Shown here piece after piece: positions 41,112-45,809 of a stretch of DNA of 45,809 nucleotides (its first letter is position 1; each line of letters starts with the position of its first letter). The position numbers and the translations under genes are program-made. The stretch comes from Candidatus Woesearchaeota archaeon (lineage in GTDB: Archaea; Nanobdellota; Nanobdellia; Woesearchaeales; SKGA01), in the NCBI GenBank assembly GCA_050187915.1, contig JBFXLI010000007.1, positions 1 to 45,809 of the forward strand. Direction: 5' to 3'. The notes under the pieces are model-generated. The model was not told where the DNA came from and did not search any database. It was given only the letters and a program-made list of their open reading frames with translations.

Positions 41112-41127
41112 TATGCGATCGTGGCAT
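41112..41127 (-). repeat. Displaced copy of the tRNA-Ser(GGA) 5' end (AT GCCACGATCGCATA), again exactly 63 nt upstream of the genuine one
   Basis: The 16-nt sequence is identical to 41049-41064. The 47-nt spacer shares the core AATGA.A.GACTCGCGA with the spacer of the other module. Confidence 0.85.
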
Positions 41128-41218
41128 AATTAATAATAAAAAGATTTCTAGTTAATTTAAAAAGTTATTTGTTAAGAAGCAAAGATTTTTGATAAAATAA
41201 AAAAATTTAAAATTGAAA

Positions 41219-41524
41219 TTAAACCATTTCGATTTCGATGTTTAAACCTTCTGGGATTGGAACTCTCATAATTAATCTTAGAGCTCTTTCATCAACACCT
41301 AAATCTAACAGACGTTTGTGTACTCTCATTTCGTATCTTTCCCATGAAGCTTTTCCTTCTCCACTAGGGCTTTTACGAGTAGTAATTTTTAATTTTTTAG
41401 TTGGTAAAGGAATTGGTCCTCTTAAAACTACTCCTGTTTTTTCTGCAATAGAACGAATGTAGTCACAAGTCTGGTTTATTTTATCTATATCTGTGCTTGC
41501 TAATTTTATTCTTGCTTTTTGCAT
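41219..41524 (-). CDS. rps10: 30S ribosomal protein S10
   Basis: It contains ARIKLASTD..., [42 protein letters not shown]. Confidence 0.92.
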   Translation of the reverse strand: MQKARIKLASTDIDKINQTCDYIRSIAEKTGVVLRGPIPLPTKKLKITTRKSPSGEGKASWERYEMRVHKRLLDLGVDERALRLIMRVPIPEGLNIEIEMV

Positions 41525-41642
41525 TTTATATCTACCAGTTTTCTTGCGTACATGTAAATGATCATCAACTTTGACGTCTTAGGTCAATTACGCTTATTTT
41601 GAGAAAACGAATTTGATTTATAAAGGTTTTGTTTAAATTTAG

Positions 41643-42068
41643 TTACATGGAGCTTCGTTTTAAGAGTTTTTCAACTTCAGGTTTAATAACATTTTTCATG
41701 TAAATTCTATATGTTTCTTCTTGTTTTGTGAATAAATTTAATTCATATTTTCTTTCGTTATTTATTTTGTGGGATAAAAGAGAAACAAATGGGTCTATAT
41801 AGTCTATGTTTGTTTGTATAGGTGTTTCATTTATTATTTTATATATTTTATAATATACTTAAAAAATATATGTGTTCATGGCTTTAATTACTGTTTTTGC
41901 ACGTCGTTTTGATTGTTCTTCTGATCGAGTTAGATAATCTGTAACTGCAGTTTTGTATGTCGGAGGTTTTGTTTTTATTTCTGTTGTGGAAAGTTGTGAC
42001 CAAGCTTCTTTTTGTTCTTCTAATGACATTTCCTCATTTGGATTTGGATATATTTTATCTTCAATCAT
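41643..42068 (-). pseudogene. Hypothetical gene split by one in-frame TAA: a 69-aa ORF at 41859..42068, then 71 further open codons down to the stop at 41643-41645
   Basis: The triplet frame was followed by hand. The TAA at 41859-41861 is in frame with VYYKIYKIINETPIQTNIDYIDPFVSLLSHKINNERKYELNLFTKQEETYRIYMKNVIKPEVEKLLKRSSM*. The only Met in the downstream part is at codon 54. Confidence 0.5.
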
Positions 42069-42104
42069 AAGTATTTCAATATTGTTAAAATATTTAAAAC
42101 TTTC

Positions 42105-43103
42105 TTAATTTACTATATTTTGTAATTTGTTCTTTTTAAATGCTTCAATATTATCTTTTGTTGTTTCAAGAATTCTCTCTAATGCTTCTTTTGTATAAAA
42201 TGCTAAATGAGGTGTTAAAATTACATTTTCTCTTCCTAGTAATTTATGATTTTGTATGAGTATTTTTGCTTCTTTTTTTGTTAAATTTTTTAATCCTGAA
42301 TTCTTAACTTCTTTTTTCATATCATTTTCAAGTTCTAAGACGTCTAGTGCGCAACCTGAAATTTGTTTTTTATCTAAAGCTTCTATTAGTGCTTTTGCAT
42401 CTATTATTTCTCCTCTACTTGTGTTTATTATTTTTACTTCTTTTTTCATTTGTGAAAATGCAGATTTATTTAGTAAATGATAGGATGATTTTGTGTATGG
42501 AAGATGTAAAGAAATAAAATCTGAATTTTTGTAAAGTTGATTTAATGTTGTGTATTTAAAGTTTAATTTGTTTTCTAATTTTTTATTTGGATATAAGTCG
42601 TATGCAATAATATTCATATCAAATGCTTTTGCGTATTTTATTACATGTTGTCCTATGTTTCCTGTTCCTATTATTCCTATTGTTTTATTTTTTAAATCTG
42701 TTCCCATTAATCCTTTGTATTGAAAATTTCCTTTTCTTGTTTGTCTTGAGGCTTCAAGTAAATTTCTATTTAATGCTAAGAGTAATGAAAATGTATATTC
42801 TGCGATTGTATTTTGTCCATATTGTGGAACGTTTGAAACTTGTATGTTTCTTTTTTTGCATTCTTGTAAATTGATATGATCAAATCCTGTTGACATTGTT
42901 GCTATAAATTTTAAATTTGGAAGTTGGTTTAAAATTTCTTTAGTTATTTTTGATTTAACAAAAATTGAAATTATTTCTGTGTCTTCGAAATTTTTTGCGT
43001 TAGTTTTAGTTAATGATTGTGTTCCAAAAAAAGTATCTTTTTTAAATTGTTTTTGAAAGTAATTTATTTCCCAAGGTTCTAAATCAAAGAATGCTATTTT
43101 CAT
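42105..43103 (-). CDS. D-isomer-specific 2-hydroxyacid dehydrogenase family protein
   Basis: It contains GIIGTGNIGQHVIKYAKAFDMNIIAYD (NAD-binding), INTSRGEIIDAKALIEAL, GCALDVLE and LTPHLAFYTKEA. Confidence 0.85.
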   Translation of the reverse strand: MKIAFFDLEPWEINYFQKQFKKDTFFGTQSLTKTNAKNFEDTEIISIFVKSKITKEILNQLPNLKFIATMSTGFDHINLQECKKRNIQVSNVPQYGQNTIAEYTFSLLLALNRNLLEASRQTRKGNFQYKGLMGTDLKNKTIGIIGTGNIGQHVIKYAKAFDMNIIAYDLYPNKKLENKLNFKYTTLNQLYKNSDFISLHLPYTKSSYHLLNKSAFSQMKKEVKIINTSRGEIIDAKALIEALDKKQISGCALDVLELENDMKKEVKNSGLKNLTKKEAKILIQNHKLLGRENVILTPHLAFYTKEALERILETTKDNIEAFKKNKLQNIVN

Positions 43104-43150
43104 GTTGTTTGTTTGGATTAGGTTGTTTATAAAATTATTTAAAATTAAAA

Positions 43151-43567
43151 TTATTTAGAGATATTTTGTAATATGTCTAAAATATCTTTTGTTGAATAAA
43201 TTTTTACAAAGTTTTGATTTTTTAATTCTTTATCATTACTCCAAATAGAACAATTTAGTTTTAGTGCTAAAGCAATATAATCCATATCTTTTGGATCTGG
43301 AGAAATGTCTTTTGCTCTTTCAATATACTCAAAATATTCATCAATTGAAACTATGTAAATTATTTCTTTTAAAATATCTAATATTAATTCTAATTCTTTT
43401 TCACTTTTTTTAGTTTTTCTTAGAATTAAAGATTTATATTTTTCAAATTCTTCAAAAATAAATTTTGATGTATATAGTTTAAGATTTGAATTAAATAATA
43501 ATTTTGTTGTTGTGCTATTTTTTATTAAAGCAGCAAATAAAATATTTGCATCAAGTACTAAATTCAT
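43151..43567 (-). CDS. PIN-domain protein (VapC-like toxin), second paralog
   Basis: It contains MNLVLDANILFAALIKNS and WSNDKELK. It overlaps the upstream antitoxin-like gene by 4 nt. Confidence 0.7.
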   Translation of the reverse strand: MNLVLDANILFAALIKNSTTTKLLFNSNLKLYTSKFIFEEFEKYKSLILRKTKKSEKELELILDILKEIIYIVSIDEYFEYIERAKDISPDPKDMDYIALALKLNCSIWSNDKELKNQNFVKIYSTKDILDILQNISK

Positions 43568-43788
43568 TTTTTAGAATATTTTTTAGCAACTTTTTCACTT
43601 ACTTTTGCACCCAAACTTAAAGCATCCTTTTCAGTAAATGTGCTGTATTCAGTAAATTTTTTAAATTTTTCTAACATATCTAATTTTTGTTTTATTGCTT
43701 CTCTTGCAACTGCACTCCAATTTATGTCTTGAAATTTATCCATTTCTTGTTTCATTTCTTCTGAAATTGACAAAGTTATACTTACCAT
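43564..43788 (-). CDS. Antitoxin-like small protein, second paralog
   Basis: It contains MVSITLSISEEMKQEMDKFQDINWSAVAREAIKQKLDMLEKF. Confidence 0.6.
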   Translation of the reverse strand: MVSITLSISEEMKQEMDKFQDINWSAVAREAIKQKLDMLEKFKKFTEYSTFTEKDALSLGAKVSEKVAKKYSKK

Positions 43789-43870
43789 TTTATTACCTTT
43801 TGTATGTTATGTTTATTATGTGTAATATGTTTAAATATTTAAATGTTTGTATTTGTATCTAAATGAGATT

Positions 43871-44716
43871 TTACGGAAGTTTGGTTAATATATCTAGATT
43901 TTCAATTTTACTGAATGCAAACCACTTTTTTCCTAGATCTTTTAAGGAAGCTCCAATATGATAAATTTCTTGTTTATCTATGATTATGAATCTATCATGT
44001 GATTTATTAAATTGTATTAATTCTATGTTATTATATTGTTGATTATATTTTGTTAGTGATAAATTTAATTTTTCAGTTATATTTTTTGTGTAAATTATTA
44101 CTTTTATTTTTGTTTGTGAAAATAAAATTAAAGTATTTTCATCAATATAATTATCTATAAGAATGATTTCTTGTTTTGCATTTTTTATTAAATCGTTGAT
44201 AAATTTGAAGGCATCAAATATTTGTCCATCATAAAAAATTCCTTTTTCTGGTTTTATATTTTTTTCTTGAATAAGATTAAATATTTCCTCTATTTTATTG
44301 TCGTGAGTTAATATTTGTTTTTCTGTTTTATCTAGTCGTTGAAATATTTCTGCATTTGATTGTAAAAAATGTCTCATTTGAACAAATGCATTCATAATAT
44401 TTATACTTACATTTATGGCCATTTTTGATTTTAATATTGCTGAAAGCATAGCAACACCTTGTTCTGTAAATACATATGGACGAAATCTTTTTTTATTCCA
44501 ATATTTATTTGTGGTCACAATTTGTGACCGCAAAAATTTAATATCTTTTTCTTCAATTTGAAACATGAATTCTTCAGGAAATCGTTCTATATTTCTTTTT
44601 ACTGCTTGATTTAAAGCTTTAACTGGAATCTCATATAGTTCAGCCAAGTCTGAGTCAAGCATTACTTGTTTTCCACGAATTGTGTAGATTTTGTTTTTTA
44701 TTGTTAATTCGTTCAT
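43871..44716 (-). CDS. ORF6N-domain (KilA-N-related) DNA-binding protein
   Basis: It contains IYTIRGKQVMLDSDLAELYEIPVKALNQAVKRNIERFPEEFMFQI and FTEQGVAMLSAILKS. Confidence 0.75.
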   Translation of the reverse strand: MNELTIKNKIYTIRGKQVMLDSDLAELYEIPVKALNQAVKRNIERFPEEFMFQIEEKDIKFLRSQIVTTNKYWNKKRFRPYVFTEQGVAMLSAILKSKMAINVSINIMNAFVQMRHFLQSNAEIFQRLDKTEKQILTHDNKIEEIFNLIQEKNIKPEKGIFYDGQIFDAFKFINDLIKNAKQEIILIDNYIDENTLILFSQTKIKVIIYTKNITEKLNLSLTKYNQQYNNIELIQFNKSHDRFIIIDKQEIYHIGASLKDLGKKWFAFSKIENLDILTKLP

Positions 44717-44780
44717 TAAAAAAATATATATTTAGTGTTATTTATAATTGCTTAAGAAAAAATCGAAAACTTTCCGAATT

Positions 44781-45614
44781 TTAATCTAATGGAGATTTTA
44801 TTTTTATTAATTCTGGTTTTACAATATGTAAATATGTTAATGTTGTTCTTGCTTCGTTGTGTCCTAACAATGATTGAACTGAAGTTATATCGCTTCCTTG
44901 CTCTAAAAGATGTGTTGCGAAGGAATGTCTGAAGGTATGTGGGTGAATGTGTTTTTTCCATTTTAATTTTTTTGTTATTTGGTGGATTATCATTTCAACA
45001 CTTCTTGTTGTTAAATGTGATTTTCTTCCTGGGAAAAGATATATTGGATTTTGTTGAAGTATTGTTTTTAGTTCTTGTGTTAAACATTTCGGTATAATGA
45101 AAGGTCTATCTTTATTTCCCTTGCCTTTTCGTACCCAACCAAGATTTGTTGTTAAATCTAAATCTTGTGGTTTTAGTTTTGTAACTTCAGAAACTCTTAG
45201 TCCTGCTCCATACATTAAAGAGATAAGAAGTTTGTGTTTTGGATTTTGTATTGCGTTTAGGAAGATTAATACTTCTTGTTTTGTTAAGCATGTTGGAAGT
45301 GTTTTTGGTGTTTTTGAGTATTTAATATTTAATCGCATACTTTTTCTTAAAACTTCTTCCATTAGAAATTTTATTGAGTTTAGTGCAACATTTAATGTCG
45401 AACCTGCAATTTCATCGTTAAATTTTGACCAGTGTAATTTATTTTCCATGAATTGGTTTAAGAATTCGTTGCAATCTTTTTTTGAAATTTGTTTTATTGG
45501 TTTATCTTTTGTGAAAAGGAGGAATTTTTTGACGTAGAAAAGATATGTATGTATTGTTTTGTATGAAAGTTTTCTTCTAAGCATTTCTTTTTTCATAGAT
45601 TCTATTGGATCCAT
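44781..45614 (-). CDS. Tyrosine recombinase (XerC/D/XerA-like integrase family)
   Basis: It contains GAGLRVSEVTKLKPQDLD (catalytic Arg) and HPHTFRHSFATHLLEQGSDITSVQSLLGHNEARTTLTYLHI (HxxR, H and Tyr). Confidence 0.88.
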   Translation of the reverse strand: MDPIESMKKEMLRRKLSYKTIHTYLFYVKKFLLFTKDKPIKQISKKDCNEFLNQFMENKLHWSKFNDEIAGSTLNVALNSIKFLMEEVLRKSMRLNIKYSKTPKTLPTCLTKQEVLIFLNAIQNPKHKLLISLMYGAGLRVSEVTKLKPQDLDLTTNLGWVRKGKGNKDRPFIIPKCLTQELKTILQQNPIYLFPGRKSHLTTRSVEMIIHQITKKLKWKKHIHPHTFRHSFATHLLEQGSDITSVQSLLGHNEARTTLTYLHIVKPELIKIKSPLD

Positions 45615-45809
45615 GATTTAATTTGGTAAAAGTGTTTAAAATAATCTCTTGCGAGAATTCCGGAGATTTTTCGGTTTTTTGTTTATTTTTAAAGGAATTA
45701 AAGAATTTTCTTTGAAGTGGTTACATTTTTTGAGATTTAATTTGTTAAATTTTGGAGCTATAAAGGCTAAAAGAACCGATTTCGCCCTTCTTCGCATATG
45801 AAGTGTTAA

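Noticed and set aside
40206-41127. The repeated tRNA-fragment units as a CRISPR array
   Set aside because: There are only two copies of a 100-nt repeat, 615 bp apart, separated by a tRNA and a protein gene. The repeat length and spacing do not fit CRISPR, and no cas genes are present.
45615-45809. A GC-richer patch at the window end (…ccgatttcgcccttcttcgcatatgaagtg) and a TCCGGAGATTT match to the tRNA(CAU) T arm, considered as an att site or tRNA fragment
   Set aside because: The match is only about 9 nt, lies in the opposite orientation to the tRNA, and no cloverleaf can be drawn. The region is also truncated by the window edge.

Overview
The window is a very AT-rich, gene-dense archaeal chromosome fragment. 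The gene content suggests a small-genome, DPANN-like archaeon. This rests on aIF5A plus L40e, Nop5-fibrillarin, aRF1, Elp3, Trm1, archaeal-type GluRS, ribosomal protein S10, intron-containing tRNAs, and GGTG-type ribosome-binding motifs.

Housekeeping genes are mixed with accessory genes:
- A giant cysteine-rich secreted repeat protein, cut by the window start.
- A four-gene glycogen operon that includes a eukaryote-type GT3 glycogen synthase.
- Two paralogous PIN/antitoxin pairs.
- Bro-N/DinD-like and ORF6N proteins.
- A tyrosine recombinase.
- A UvrD-type helicase carrying RecQ-type RQC and HRDC domains.

The most unusual signals are at the nucleotide level:
1. All three tRNA genes in the 39.6-41.2 kb cluster (CAU, and Ser CGA and GGA) are accompanied by partial copies of their own ends. 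The two tRNA-Ser genes sit in homologous modules: a 5'-end copy exactly 63 nt upstream, and a 100-nt repeat downstream that carries a tRNA 3' end and is about 98 % identical between modules.
2. The same pattern of a gene-end duplication around an insert occurs at the 3' end of rpl40e (58-nt GC-rich insert) and of gltX (1.6-kb insert carrying an MFS transporter).
3. aRF1 is interrupted exactly after its catalytic GGQ motif by a 497-aa LAGLIDADG intein.
4. A 155-bp MITE-like element has a 6-bp target duplication.
5. A TM2-domain gene is frameshifted at an A9 run.
6. One ORF is split by a single in-frame TAA.
7. Nop5 lacks its fibrillarin-binding N-terminal domain.

No rRNA genes or CRISPR arrays were seen. 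All homology calls come from motif recognition by eye and none was confirmed by a database search.
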